Below are positions 1-10,008 of a DNA stretch of 54,525 nucleotides, piece by piece. The stretch comes from Deltaproteobacteria bacterium. Its GTDB lineage: Bacteria > Desulfobacterota > GWC2-55-46. The DNA is taken from the NCBI GenBank assembly GCA_038041305.1, contig JBBTGV010000033.1, positions 1 through 54,525 of the forward strand, in the 5' to 3' direction. The position numbers were made by a program, and so were the translations under genes. Below the pieces are notes generated by a model. That model saw only the letters and a program-made list of their open reading frames with translations, had not been told where the DNA came from and searched no databases. The stretch's first letter is position 1. Every line of letters starts with the position of its first letter.

Positions 1-286
1 CTTCTAATATCCTGTCAACAATGCTTAAGGCCTTCGGGCTGTAAAGGGTCTTGGAATGAGACGCCGCGACCGTCTCTATCGCGTCCCTGTAGCGTATGCT
101 GTCAAGGAGCGCGATTACGGCAAAGAGCGTCAAGAGCGCCATGGACGCCATCGCAAGCCTGTTTTTCTTGAGCTGATAGAGCGCGAGGCGCAGGGGCGTG
201 TGTTTTTTCCGCGCCTTTACGCAGAGATACGCGCAGGCAACAAAAAGGAAAAACACTATGAGGTCGGACGCTAAGATTACCGGCAT
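1..286 (-). CDS. ABC transporter permease, N-terminal part (DppC/YejE-type); gene continues beyond window start
   Basis: Not in the ORF track because there is no stop in the window. ATG at 286 on the minus strand, frame open to position 1. Translation MPVILASDLIVFFLFVACAYLCVKARKKHTPLRLALYQLKKNRLAMASMALLTLFAVIALLDS... shows the basic KKNRLA segment followed by a TM helix, typical of OppC/DppC-type N-termini. Lies 50 nt downstream of the preceding permease on the same strand. Confidence 0.55.
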   Translation of the reverse strand, partial: MPVILASDLIVFFLFVACAYLCVKARKKHTPLRLALYQLKKNRLAMASMALLTLFAVIALLDSIRYRDAIETVAASHSKTLYSPKALSIVDRILE

Positions 287-336
287 ATCGCGTTGGTCCT
301 TCCGTAAAACGGCTAATAAAAAAAGTTCAGGTAAGG

Positions 337-1317
337 CTATTCAAGCCTTACCCTCGGGTCAACGAGCGTGTAGCTTATGTCGGTCAGTATCAGCCCTATT
401 ATGTAGAGTATTGAGCCGAGATAGACCATTGACCTTACGATCGCGAAGTCCTGCGCCTGTATCGCGTCAATCGTAAAATTTCCAAGCCCGGGTATTGAGA
501 AGAACGTCTCCATAATGAGGCTTCCGTAAAAGAGAAACGGTATGGAGACGACCACGTTCGTAAGTATGGGTATCATGGCGTTCTTCAAGGCGTGTTTAAA
601 GAGCACGGCGCCCTCGGACATGCCCTTCGCCCGCGCCGTCCTCACGTAATCCTTGTTAAGCTCCTCAAGGAAGACCGTCCTGTAGAAGCGCACCCCTGAG
701 CCGGCGGCGCTCAAGACCCCGGTTGCAACGGGCAGTATCAGGAATTTGATTGAATGTATGCCCGTGTCGTAGCCGGATATCGGGAAAAGCCTCAAAACCC
801 TTCCAAGCAGATACTGGCCGCCTATGATGTAGAAAAGGGCTGATACTGACATCATTACGACCGCCAATACAACCCCCCACGCGTCAAGATACGTGCCCCT
901 GTAGTATGCAAGCATCATTGCAAGGAAGAGGTCAACTATTATGCCGAACGCGAACATGGGCAGGGATATGGCAAGGCTCGGGAGCATCCTTTTCTTTACC
1001 TCTATCCCTATGTCAATGTTGTTCCTGTCCGATTTGCCGAAGTCAAAGAACAGGAGAGGGGCGGACTTCTGGAAGAATATGGTCTGCGTTATTTTGGAGA
1101 GCCCGGCCTCGCCCGCGTTTAAGAAAACAGGCAGGTTGTAGCCGTGGTCTTGTTTCCAGTTCTCAATGGCCTCTTTCGTTATGTTTTTCTCTCCGAGTAT
1201 CTTTCTTGCCATGTCCTCAGGCGTGTTGACGTAAAAAAACAGTATCGTCGTAAGGAGATTAACCCCTATTACAATCGGGATCGCGTAAAGTATGCGCCTT
1301 AAGATATAGGCTGTCAT
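337..1317 (-). CDS. ABC transporter permease, peptide/nickel family (DppB/OppB/YejB-type)
   Basis: ORF 337..1407. Likely start is the internal ATG at 1317 (MTAYILRRILYAIPIVIGVNLL, the classic DppB-type N-terminus), which overlaps the upstream stop by 4 nt (ATGA). Multi-TM protein with an EAA-like loop (YVRTARAKGMSE). Confidence 0.8.
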   Translation of the reverse strand: MTAYILRRILYAIPIVIGVNLLTTILFFYVNTPEDMARKILGEKNITKEAIENWKQDHGYNLPVFLNAGEAGLSKITQTIFFQKSAPLLFFDFGKSDRNNIDIGIEVKKRMLPSLAISLPMFAFGIIVDLFLAMMLAYYRGTYLDAWGVVLAVVMMSVSALFYIIGGQYLLGRVLRLFPISGYDTGIHSIKFLILPVATGVLSAAGSGVRFYRTVFLEELNKDYVRTARAKGMSEGAVLFKHALKNAMIPILTNVVVSIPFLFYGSLIMETFFSIPGLGNFTIDAIQAQDFAIVRSMVYLGSILYIIGLILTDISYTLVDPRVRLE

Positions 1318-3563
1318 TTTCGGCCTTTTAAATGCCTTTTCCTTATCGCCATCATCGCAGGCAGGGCGCTTATTGCAAGGACCGCGACAAGGGCCAGGAC
1401 CGGCCAAAGCCTCGGCCTGTTCCAGGAACGCCTTGCCGTCGCCCTTGCCACAGCGTCGATCTTAAGGTATTTAAGGGTGTTGTTCGCCATTGCGTTTGAT
1501 TTTACGTTCTTGACCCATGAGTGGTAAAGCCCGAACGCAACGGGGTGGTAGCCCCATACCCACGGGGAGTCTCTTTGCAGTATTTCGCTCATCCTCCGTA
1601 TTACGGCAAGCCTTTCAGGGGTGTTATCCATGCTTTCCATTTTTTTGAAGAGCGCGTCAAACTCCGGGTTTGCGTAGTTTGCGACGTTTTCACCCTGGAA
1701 CAGCACCTTGCTGTTCGCGGAATTAAGGAGGAAAAAGAAGTTCTCCGGGTCGGGATAATCCGCGTTCCAGCCCCATGAGAAGAACTGGGAATTCCCCTTG
1801 AGCATCTTCTCCTGAAATCTGTTGTAATCAGTGGTCCTGTTTTCCATCTGAATGCCCAGCAGGCTTAGCCTCTTTATGTGCCAGTTTATGATGGGGCTCG
1901 CATCGGCCCCGGTCCACGGGTTGTCAAACCTTAGTATCAGGGGCCTGCCGTCCTTGTCCCTGCCGTTGGGCCATCCCGCCTCTTTCATAAGGGCCTTGGC
2001 GTATTCAATGGATTTCCTCACGGGTCTTTTTTTGTCCTCGTCCCAGTCGTAGACGAACGGGTTTACGCCGTGCCTGCCTTCAATATGGCCGAATATGCCG
2101 GGCGGTATCGGGGACATTGAGGCAAAGCCCCTTCCGTTTGCGAATATCTCAATGAACTCCTCGTAGTCAAGGGCGATTGATATCGCCTGCCGGAGCTTGC
2201 GCGCCCTGTCCGAGTATCCGCCGAATGTGTCGTCAAGCATGTTGAATCCGGAATAATGTATGGAGGGCCTGACCGAGGTTATAAGCCTTATCCCGAGCGA
2301 ACTCATCTCGTCGGTTAGTTCGGCGCCGCCGGCATCCGTTATGGTGACGGCCTGATCAAAGCTGTCGGAGCTTATGCCGGAATTGTCAAAATATCCCTGA
2401 AGAAACTTGTTCCATCTCGGTATGGCCTCTTTCTCAAGCTTAAAGACGATCTTTTCTATAAACGGCAGGGCATGGCCGGAGTCAACAAGGAGATTGTTTT
2501 TAACGTCTTCTTTTTCGCCTTCCTGAGGATAGCGCTCGCCCCGAAAGCCTTTGTTTTTTGAAAGCACCATCTCCATGTTCGCCTTAAAGGTCTCTATCAT
2601 GTACGGCCCGGTGCCGACCGGAAACCTGTCAAGGGTGATGTTTTTCCCGACAAGCGCGCCCTGCTTGTAAAACTCGTCAACCTCCCTTGCGACAGGCGAG
2701 AAAAACGGCATTGCAAGCCAGTAGGCGAACTGAGGATATTTTGTCTTTAAGATTATCCTGAACGCGCGGTCGTCTATTTTCTCAACCCCGGGGAGCCTGA
2801 ACCCGTCGTAGTCAAGCCGTATGGGGTTTTCTTTTTCGTCAAGCGCCTGATTGTAAGAGGGGCCGGCCGCGGCCTTTCTTTTTCCCCGTATCCCCTCAAG
2901 CTCGGCCCTTAAATGCCCCGCGTATTCATCAAGGCCCAAGATGTATTTCTCAAGGATCGGCAGCACCGGGCTTTCAAGGAGCGGGTCTGCAAGCCTTTTT
3001 ATCTGATAGATGTAGTCGTCCGACGAGAGCCGTCTTGAGGCCTTTTCCTTGAAATCATTCGGACTGTCAATGCCAACAAGGTCTTTTTTGGCTAAGTTTG
3101 AATACAGGGGGTCCCCGTTTTTCTTCTTTACAAACGCGGGGTGTTCCTGATACATAATCCCATCCTTAATCCTTAGCGCGTATTGAGCCCGGTAAACTTT
3201 CTCGGCCGGCGCGTTTTGAGGCAGCCTCCTTCCAAAACGGTCGGCGTAAACCGGCGTTGGCACTGATTCTGTTGTCAAGGGAACAAGCCCGTACGGCCGC
3301 TTAAGATAATGGTATTGGAGCAGGGGCTCGTAAATCTGGCAGATAAAATCGTATTCATCGGCGCTGTATGCCCTTGCAGGGTCAAGGTGCTTCGGCGGCT
3401 CGTCAAATGTCGTATAGAAAAAATTACTGCCTTCTTCTTCTGTCCTGTAAGGGCTGTTGGGGGTGCACCCGTACAAGGAAGAAAAGGCAATGGCAAGCAA
3501 AAAAACCATATAAAATAATTTGTTACGCGTCTTAAGGCATGTGGCGGGCCGTTTGCTATGCAT
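1314..3563 (-). CDS. ABC transporter substrate-binding protein, family 5 (peptide/nickel, YejA-like), probable lipoprotein
   Basis: ORF 1314..3587 is large, SBP_bac_5-like in length and composition. The N-terminus has a basic region, a hydrophobic run and LYGC (lipobox-like). Start is uncertain (3587, 3563 or 3509) and no clear SD was seen. An unusual C-terminal hydrophobic segment is present (see findings). Confidence 0.75.
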   Translation of the reverse strand: MHSKRPATCLKTRNKLFYMVFLLAIAFSSLYGCTPNSPYRTEEEGSNFFYTTFDEPPKHLDPARAYSADEYDFICQIYEPLLQYHYLKRPYGLVPLTTESVPTPVYADRFGRRLPQNAPAEKVYRAQYALRIKDGIMYQEHPAFVKKKNGDPLYSNLAKKDLVGIDSPNDFKEKASRRLSSDDYIYQIKRLADPLLESPVLPILEKYILGLDEYAGHLRAELEGIRGKRKAAAGPSYNQALDEKENPIRLDYDGFRLPGVEKIDDRAFRIILKTKYPQFAYWLAMPFFSPVAREVDEFYKQGALVGKNITLDRFPVGTGPYMIETFKANMEMVLSKNKGFRGERYPQEGEKEDVKNNLLVDSGHALPFIEKIVFKLEKEAIPRWNKFLQGYFDNSGISSDSFDQAVTITDAGGAELTDEMSSLGIRLITSVRPSIHYSGFNMLDDTFGGYSDRARKLRQAISIALDYEEFIEIFANGRGFASMSPIPPGIFGHIEGRHGVNPFVYDWDEDKKRPVRKSIEYAKALMKEAGWPNGRDKDGRPLILRFDNPWTGADASPIINWHIKRLSLLGIQMENRTTDYNRFQEKMLKGNSQFFSWGWNADYPDPENFFFLLNSANSKVLFQGENVANYANPEFDALFKKMESMDNTPERLAVIRRMSEILQRDSPWVWGYHPVAFGLYHSWVKNVKSNAMANNTLKYLKIDAVARATARRSWNRPRLWPVLALVAVLAISALPAMMAIRKRHLKGRK

Positions 3564-3736
3564 ATCAGGATAAACAAAAATTAGCATAGTATTTTTATGC
3601 GGTCAACTGGTAAAGTTTTTTGGGAAAGAAACGCTTTTTTCCGTTAATGAAAGGATTTTATCAGGTAAACTACAGAGACAATCTTAAGATCAGGGTTTTT
3701 TTAACACTTATCGTTTGAAAATCAGACTTGACAGCC

Positions 3737-3766
3737 TTGACAATTGCTATACAGTTATGATAGATT
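3737..3766 (+). promoter_or_regulatory. candidate sigma-70 promoter upstream of rpoD
   Basis: TTGACA at 3737-3742 (a second TTGACA lies at 3728-3733), followed about 18 nt later by TG-n-TAGATT (3758-3766). Weak assignment by eye. Confidence 0.3.
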
Positions 3767-3825
3767 GTCTTGCTAAACTATAAACTGCGGCAACTCATTT
3801 AAAAATTACTATAAGAGGACGGCAT

Positions 3826-5343
3826 ATGACCAAGAAAAACAACGCCAGTAGCGCTTCGGCCAATAATGCAAGCGACATTGCAAGCCTTATAGACATAGGA
3901 AAGGACAAGGGTTTCCTGACCTATGACGAGATAAACGACGCATTCCCGCAGGATAATTTCTCCGTTGAGGACATGGACAACCTGCTTGAGACCCTCGGTG
4001 AACTCGGCATAGACGTCGTTGACACGGCGGAAAAGGCCGAGCCGCAGGAGGTCCCCGGCGCAAAGGAAGAGGTTTTAGAGGCTGAAAGGGTTGAAGACCC
4101 TGTTCGGATATACATGAGGGAGATGGGGGCAGTGCCTCTTCTTAAGAGGGAGGAGGAGATTGTTTACGCAAAGAGAATAGAGGAGGGCAGGGCCGAGCTT
4201 AGAAGGCTTACGCTTACAAGCCCGTTTGCGGTAATAGAGGTGTTAAGGGTCGTTGAGCGGGTAAAATCAGGCAAGTCTTCGTTAAGGGACCTTATTGAGG
4301 AGGCCGAGGATGTAGGCCAGTTTGACGAGACCTACGGGCAGGAGGTGCTTCAAAGGCTTGACAGGCTTAAAAGGAGAAAGCCGGAAAGCGCCTACAAGCT
4401 GCTAAAGGACATTAACCTGAGCAATACGCTTATAAGGCGCATTGTAAAAAGGATTGTAAGGTTTGACCACTCGGTTGAAAGGGAGGAGCGCAAAAGGGGC
4501 GCCAAAAAGGCCGAGAGGGCAAGGCTCAGGGTAAAAAGGATTTTAAAGCGGCTTGAATTCAACAGGCCGGGGCTTAAGGAGCTTGCAAGGGCCGTAAAGG
4601 TCCATGATTTCAACATGTGGGAGGCAAAGCAGCGGCTTATTGAGGCGAACCTAAGGCTTGTCGTCAGCATTGCAAAGAGGTATGTGAACCTTGGGCTGAA
4701 GTTCTCGGACCTTATTCAGGAGGGCAATATCGGCCTCATGAAGGCGGTTGACAAGTTTGACTACAAGAAGGGCTACAAGTTCTCCACCTATGCCACGTGG
4801 TGGATAAGGCAGGCTATCACAAGGTCGATCGCGGACCACGGCAGGACCATCAGGATACCCGTGCACATGATAGAGACCATAAACAGGCTCCTGCAGACCT
4901 CAAGGCAGCTCCTTAAGGAACTCGGCAGGGAGCCGTATCCAGAAGAGATTGCCGACAGGATGGACATACCGATAGCAAAGGTTCGGCGCATCCTCAGGCT
5001 CATGAAGCAGACATTAAGCCTTGAAACGCCCATAGGAGACGACGAGGAGAGCTCTTTGGGGGATTTCATAGAGGACGAAAAATCCCCTTCGCCCGCGGAT
5101 GCCGCCATTGAGAAAGACCTTTCAGACCAGACAAACCTCGTGCTTGACACGCTTACGCCGAGGGAGGAGAAGGTGCTGCGCATGAGGTTCGGCATCGGAG
5201 AGAGGCAGGACTACACCCTTGAGGAGGTCGGAAAGGTTTTAGGCGTCACAAGGGAGCGCGTAAGGCAGATTGAGGCAAAGGCGATAAGGAGGTTGAGGCA
5301 CCCCACGAGGGCAAAGCTCCTTAAGGGGTTCAGCGAGAGTTAA
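3826..5343 (+). CDS. rpoD: RNA polymerase primary sigma factor RpoD
   Basis: Acidic region 1.1. Region 2 reads [10 protein letters not shown]...[39 protein letters not shown]. Region 4 reads [40 protein letters not shown] lies upstream of the ATG. Confidence 0.95.
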   Translation: MTKKNNASSASANNASDIASLIDIGKDKGFLTYDEINDAFPQDNFSVEDMDNLLETLGELGIDVVDTAEKAEPQEVPGAKEEVLEAERVEDPVRIYMREMGAVPLLKREEEIVYAKRIEEGRAELRRLTLTSPFAVIEVLRVVERVKSGKSSLRDLIEEAEDVGQFDETYGQEVLQRLDRLKRRKPESAYKLLKDINLSNTLIRRIVKRIVRFDHSVEREERKRGAKKAERARLRVKRILKRLEFNRPGLKELARAVKVHDFNMWEAKQRLIEANLRLVVSIAKRYVNLGLKFSDLIQEGNIGLMKAVDKFDYKKGYKFSTYATWWIRQAITRSIADHGRTIRIPVHMIETINRLLQTSRQLLKELGREPYPEEIADRMDIPIAKVRRILRLMKQTLSLETPIGDDEESSLGDFIEDEKSPSPADAAIEKDLSDQTNLVLDTLTPREEKVLRMRFGIGERQDYTLEEVGKVLGVTRERVRQIEAKAIRRLRHPTRAKLLKGFSES

Positions 5344-5407
5344 GCGTTTAAGACGCCGGCGCTTGTTGCTTTACAACGGAAAAGAAATGGTATAGTATGA
5401 TTTACAA

Positions 5408-5441
5408 GAATCCGTAATGCGTTATTACGGATTCTTTTTTT
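5408..5441 (+). terminator. rho-independent terminator of rpoD
   Basis: Perfect 11-bp stem GAATCCGTAAT (5408-5418) / ATTACGGATTC (5424-5434), 5-nt loop, then a run of 7 T (5435-5441). Confidence 0.8.
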
Positions 5442-5452
5442 ATTTTACATCC

Positions 5453-7273
5453 ATGATAGCCAAAAGCCTAAGGGCAAAATTCACCCTCCTTTTATTCATT
5501 GTCGGCATTATCCCGTTTATAACGGTCAGCGTATTCCTGTATCTCTCAATAAAGGACGCCCTGTTTAAGAATGTCTTCAAGGAGCTTAAGTGGAATGTGG
5601 AAGACATTTCGCTCGGCATAGAGTCTCAGTTCAACCAGCTTGCGAGGGATTTGATCGTCTCATCCCAGAACACGGCGTTCTCAATGTACTTCAGGGAGCC
5701 AGGCAACAAGACCTACTGGACAAAGAGGCAGCGCGACACATTAAGCCACCTTTACACCATTTACAAGGAAGTCCTTGACGAGGCGTGTTTTATTGACATT
5801 GAGGGCCGTGAGATATCAAGGATAACGCTCGGGAAGATCGCCACGGAGGACGAGTTGTCTTCGGAGGAGGCAAGGTCGTTTTTCTTTAAGCAGGCCTTTC
5901 TCATGAAGGAAGGGGAGATATATCAGGGCAGTCCCGAGATATCCGAAGACACTCAAAGATGGGTGGTCCCGCACGCTACACCCATTTACGTGGACGGGGT
6001 CGCGCAGGCGATACTTCACTTTGAGGTGCCTATTTCCTATTTCCAGAGGCTTCTAAAACAGTCCATAAACCCTGACCGGGGATTCGGGTTCATAGTGTCG
6101 GACGCTGGAGACATAATCGCCCATACGCAGAAAGACATCTCCGAGACAGAGCCTTTCCAAAAGGCGCTTAACCCCGCCATGCCGGATGACTTGAAGTCCA
6201 TATACGAAAGGATGATCTCGGGCGAGAGCGGCATGGAGCATTATACCGAGGGGGCGATTGATTATTACATATATTTCAGCCCCATAGCCAAGACGCGCGT
6301 AAAGGGCAGGAGCAACGTCAGCTGGAGCCTCGGCTATGTGATCCCGACGGAAAGGACATACGTTGAGCTGTCTATAATTAAATATAATGTCATTACCCTC
6401 GGCATAACATTGGTCCTTGTGCTGATAATCGCGTATGTCGCCGGAAACTACATAACAAAGCCCGTGAGAGAGCTTGCAAAGGCAACGCACAAGGTCGCGG
6501 GAGGAGAGATAGCGAAGATAACCGTAAAGAGCGAGGACGAGATTGGCGTTCTCACAAGGTCGTTCAACGACATGGCGGAGGCGGTAAAAAAGAGGGACGA
6601 GGCCCTGAGAGAGCTTGCGATAACAGACGGCCTTACCGGGCTTTACAACCACAGGTTCATGAAGCAGGAGCTTGACAGGGGCATAAAGACGGCGCTTCGC
6701 TTCGCAAGGCCCATCTCGGTTTTGATGATAGACGTGGATTACTTCAAGCACTACAATGACACGAACGGCCACGGTAAGGGCGACATGGCGCTTAAGAAGA
6801 TTGCGGACATAATAGGAAAGTGCTCAAGGGAGGTTGACATAGCCGCAAGGTACGGCGGAGAGGAGTTCTCGGTGATACTGCCCGAGACCGCGCTCGCGGG
6901 GGCTTTAATCCTTGCCGATAGGATAAGGCAGAAGGTAGCCGACGAGGTGATATTGAATGAGGAGAAGCAGCCCAACGGCAACGTAACGGTGAGCGTCGGG
7001 GTCGCCGAGATTAAAGATGACGCGAAGGATGTCACGGCCCTTCTTCAGGCCGCGGACAAGGCTCTTTACAAGGCGAAAGAGCTCGGCAGGAACAGGGTCT
7101 GTTCAATAGAGAATATGAACGAGACCCCGGCCCCCGCAAAAGACGGGGACCCGAAGAAGGACGAGCCTTCCAAGAAGGACGACGCGTTGATAAAGGCCGA
7201 TACGCCCAAGAAGGACGACGCCATGGCAAAGGCTCAACCAACAGGCAAGAACGAGCCGCCGAAGAAGGCCTGA
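5453..7273 (+). CDS. membrane sensor diguanylate cyclase (periplasmic Cache-like domain, HAMP, GGDEF)
   Basis: Two TM segments flank a periplasmic domain of about 280 aa. HAMP region (PVRELAKATHKVAGGEI...RSFNDMAEAV). GGDEF domain with DGLTGLYNHR and RYGGEEFSVILPET. The start was moved from 5417 to ATG 5453 because 5417 lies inside the rpoD terminator hairpin. Confidence 0.85.
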   Translation: MIAKSLRAKFTLLLFIVGIIPFITVSVFLYLSIKDALFKNVFKELKWNVEDISLGIESQFNQLARDLIVSSQNTAFSMYFREPGNKTYWTKRQRDTLSHLYTIYKEVLDEACFIDIEGREISRITLGKIATEDELSSEEARSFFFKQAFLMKEGEIYQGSPEISEDTQRWVVPHATPIYVDGVAQAILHFEVPISYFQRLLKQSINPDRGFGFIVSDAGDIIAHTQKDISETEPFQKALNPAMPDDLKSIYERMISGESGMEHYTEGAIDYYIYFSPIAKTRVKGRSNVSWSLGYVIPTERTYVELSIIKYNVITLGITLVLVLIIAYVAGNYITKPVRELAKATHKVAGGEIAKITVKSEDEIGVLTRSFNDMAEAVKKRDEALRELAITDGLTGLYNHRFMKQELDRGIKTALRFARPISVLMIDVDYFKHYNDTNGHGKGDMALKKIADIIGKCSREVDIAARYGGEEFSVILPETALAGALILADRIRQKVADEVILNEEKQPNGNVTVSVGVAEIKDDAKDVTALLQAADKALYKAKELGRNRVCSIENMNETPAPAKDGDPKKDEPSKKDDALIKADTPKKDDAMAKAQPTGKNEPPKKA

Positions 7274-7280
7274 CAGCCTG

Positions 7281-7604
7281 TTAAAGGATCTTTTTAAGCG
7301 CAAGGATTAAACGCGCCTCATCCATTCCAGAGACCTTGACCGCCTTATTCCTTGAGGAAAACCCGCTTGAGATGCTAAGAGAGGATTTCTTCGCGACAAG
7401 CGCGTTTGCGAGGAATTCAACAAGGGCCTTGTTCGCCGCGCCTTCAACGGCCCGCGCCTTTATGGAGACCTTGAGATAACCGTTGATAATGCCGGAGACC
7501 GAGTTATGCCTTGCCCCTGGGCACACCTTTATCCTTATAAAAAGCCCTTTGGGGGAAATAACGATGAACGGATAGGAGGGAGTGTCTTGTTTTTTTTCTT
7601 CCAA
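7281..7604 (-). CDS. DUF167 (YggU) family protein
   Basis: About 107 aa with IRIKVCPGARHNSVSGI...LKVSIKARAVEGAANKALVEFLA...SISSGFSSRNKAVKV, which matches the YggU pattern. Sits in the conserved yggS-proC-yggT-yggU order. Confidence 0.75.
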   Translation of the reverse strand: MEEKKQDTPSYPFIVISPKGLFIRIKVCPGARHNSVSGIINGYLKVSIKARAVEGAANKALVEFLANALVAKKSSLSISSGFSSRNKAVKVSGMDEARLILALKKIL

Positions 7605-7645
7605 GGGTTTGTTGGCCGGGCGCCCGGCCGTTTACGGCAAGGCGG

Positions 7646-7951
7646 TTAATTCCCAGCCTTCATCCTTACTGCTAAATCAAAAAGAGTGGTTATGACAAAG
7701 CTTCTTAGGAAGTGTATGCCCACAAGCACGATAAACGGGGAGAGGTCTAGGCCCCCGAGGTCCGGCAGTATCTTCCTGATTCTTCCAAGCACCGGCTCGG
7801 TGATCTGATACAAAAACCTTACAATGGGGTTGTACGGGTCCGGGTTAACCCATGAAAGCAATGCCCTGATTATTATGATCCAGAAATAAATCGTAAGCCC
7901 GCTGCTTAAGATAAGCGCTATGGTTTCTATAAGGTTTGACAGGACAAACAT
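7646..7951 (-). CDS. YggT family membrane protein
   Basis: 101 aa, two TM pairs, with IIIRALLSWVNPDPYNPI...ITEPVLGRIRKILPDLGGLDLSPFIV typical of YggT. Confidence 0.8.
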   Translation of the reverse strand: MFVLSNLIETIALILSSGLTIYFWIIIIRALLSWVNPDPYNPIVRFLYQITEPVLGRIRKILPDLGGLDLSPFIVLVGIHFLRSFVITTLFDLAVRMKAGN

Positions 7952-7954
7952 TGA

Positions 7955-8791
7955 TTAATCGTCTCCTTTTATTGAAAGTTCCCTTGCCCTTTTTGTGGCT
8001 GAGGCCACGGCCGTTGCCACCGCCTCTGAAAACCCGCCAAGTTTAAGCCCCTTAAGCCCTTCTATGGTAGTCCCGCCCGGCGAGCTCACCATGCGTATAA
8101 GCTCGCTTAGGTCCCTGTCCGATTCCTTGGCGAGCCTTGCCGCGCCGAGGACGGTCTGGACTGAAAGCGCCTTCGCAAGGTCATACGGCAGCCCCTGGCT
8201 TACGCCCGCCTCAGAGAGCGCCTCAATAAACGTAAACACATAGGCAGGCCCGCTCCCTGACAGCCCGGTTATCGCGTCCATGAGGGATTCGTCCTGAACC
8301 AATACGACCTTCCCGACAGCGCCGAACAAATAATGAGCCGCCTTGATATGCCCTTTTGTGGCGCCTGCGGCCGCGTAAAGCGCTGTTACGGCCTCTCTTA
8401 CCATCGCAGGCGTGTTCGGCATCGCCCTTATGACAGGCGAGGCCTTGGCACCGCCGCCGACAATGCCCGTTATCGCCTCAGTGCAAAGCCCGGCAACCGC
8501 TGATATGAGGAGCTTTGCGCTTGTTAACTCGGAACGGATCTCAATAAGCGCGGCAATGGAGTCCTTGGGCTTGACCGCGAGGATTATTATATCAGAGTTC
8601 CCGACAAGTTCGTAGTTTTTGCTTAAAACCTTTATCTCGTAGCGCTCCGCGAGAAAGGCAAGCCTCTTGCTGTCGCAGTCGCTCGCAAGGAGCAGGCCTT
8701 TTGCGGCTTTTCTTGACGAAAGAAGGCCTTTGATAATGGCCTCTGTCAGATTGCCGCCGCCGAGAAAGCCGATTGTTTTTTTTGTGGGCAT
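7955..8791 (-). CDS. proC: pyrroline-5-carboxylate reductase
   Basis: IGFLGGGNLTEAIIKGL Rossmann motif, RAMPNTPAMV, and the SPGGTTIEGL signature. Confidence 0.9.
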   Translation of the reverse strand: MPTKKTIGFLGGGNLTEAIIKGLLSSRKAAKGLLLASDCDSKRLAFLAERYEIKVLSKNYELVGNSDIIILAVKPKDSIAALIEIRSELTSAKLLISAVAGLCTEAITGIVGGGAKASPVIRAMPNTPAMVREAVTALYAAAGATKGHIKAAHYLFGAVGKVVLVQDESLMDAITGLSGSGPAYVFTFIEALSEAGVSQGLPYDLAKALSVQTVLGAARLAKESDRDLSELIRMVSSPGGTTIEGLKGLKLGGFSEAVATAVASATKRARELSIKGDD

Positions 8792-8826
8792 CTTAAAGAC
8801 AGGCGGTCCCGCCGGATTTTTGCGCG

Positions 8827-9516
8827 CTACGGCCTTGGGCCGAATATGGCGGTGCCGATTCTAACCATTGTTGCGCCTTCTTCTATGGCTACCTCGAAGT
8901 CAGAGGACATGCCCATTGAAAGGTGTCTAAGGAACACGCCGGGTATTTTTTCCTTGTTAATCCTTTCGGCAAGCCTTCTTAATGTCACGAAATACGGCCT
9001 TGCGCCCTCGGGGCCGTTGACCTGAGGCGGCGGTATTGTCATAAGTCCGACGAGTCTTATGTTTTTAAGCCCTGAAATGCCGCGCGCAAGCTTTACGGCG
9101 CCCTCCATGTCAACCCCGTTTTTTGTCTTCTCCCTTGCGATATTCACCTCAATCAGGGCTGTTACCGGGGTCTCCGCCCTTTTGTTTAATTCAACGGCGA
9201 GTTCAAGACTGTCAAGCGTGTGTATCGTTGAAAAGAGTTTTATCGCAAGCCTTGCCTTGTTTTTCTGAAGGTGTCCGATAAAGTGCCACTCAATGCCCTT
9301 TGCCTTTATCTTTTCTTTCTTTTGCTCCGCTTCCTGCACATAGTTCTCACCGAACGCAAAAACGCCGGCGCCTAAGGCCTCTTTTATCTTTTTCGGCTCA
9401 ACGCCCTTTGTCGCGGCAATAAGCCTTACCTCGCCGGGTTCGCGCCCTGCCTTGCGCGCCGCCCTGCTTATACGGTCAAATACGCTTGACAGGTTCTCGG
9501 ATACTGTTGCAGGCAT
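8827..9516 (-). CDS. yggS: YggS family pyridoxal-5-phosphate homeostasis protein
   Basis: LIAATKGV (PLP lysine), WHFIGHLQKNK, LSMGMSSDFEVAIEEGATMVRIGTAIFG. Confidence 0.9.
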   Translation of the reverse strand: MPATVSENLSSVFDRISRAARKAGREPGEVRLIAATKGVEPKKIKEALGAGVFAFGENYVQEAEQKKEKIKAKGIEWHFIGHLQKNKARLAIKLFSTIHTLDSLELAVELNKRAETPVTALIEVNIAREKTKNGVDMEGAVKLARGISGLKNIRLVGLMTIPPPQVNGPEGARPYFVTLRRLAERINKEKIPGVFLRHLSMGMSSDFEVAIEEGATMVRIGTAIFGPRP

Positions 9517-9606
9517 TTTTAGCCAAACACCTTTTTATGTATTTAAAAAGCAGATAAAACCGTTAAGGCAAGTCCGTCTTGTTAAGCAAGATGGCCTTTC
9601 CGGAAA

Positions 9607-9957
9607 TCAGAATACCATGACCTGTCCGCCCTCGCTTATCCATCTTGCAAGGTCAATGGTCTTGCCGATTACGGCGCCTTCAATGAGGTCTTGAGGCTCA
9701 AGCCCCCTCGCATTGGTGCATGTAAGGCAGGACCGCACCTCAACGCCTTTTTCAATAAGCCCTTTCAGCATCTCCCCGATATTGTAATATCCCTTTGGCG
9801 GGGACTGGCCTTTTTTAGCGGAGACGACGCTGTCGCCGTACAGGAATATCCTTACTTTCGTCCCGGTTGTAAGAAGCGCCTGAGAAAGCCTTAACGCGTT
9901 CCACACCTTTTCATTGCCGTAAGGCGCATCCTGAAGCACAATTGTAACCGTGTTCAT
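9607..9957 (-). CDS. DsrE/DsrF-like (YchN-type) family protein
   Basis: 116 aa. The pattern PYGNEKVWNALRLSQAL...VRIFLYGDSV...CLTCTNARGL...DKV-like C-terminus matches DsrE-family small proteins. Confidence 0.65.
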   Translation of the reverse strand: MNTVTIVLQDAPYGNEKVWNALRLSQALLTTGTKVRIFLYGDSVVSAKKGQSPPKGYYNIGEMLKGLIEKGVEVRSCLTCTNARGLEPQDLIEGAVIGKTIDLARWISEGGQVMVF

Positions 9958-10008
9958 TGCAAAAAATCCCTTTTGCGGTCTTTTTATTATGCATATAATT
10001 GCGAAATC

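Noticed and set aside
5417-5452. ORF-track start (ATG 5417) for the diguanylate cyclase
   Set aside because: The ATG lies inside the stem of the rpoD terminator hairpin (5408-5441), and the encoded MRYYGFFFYFTS comes from the T-run. The next in-frame ATG (5453) precedes the first TM helix.
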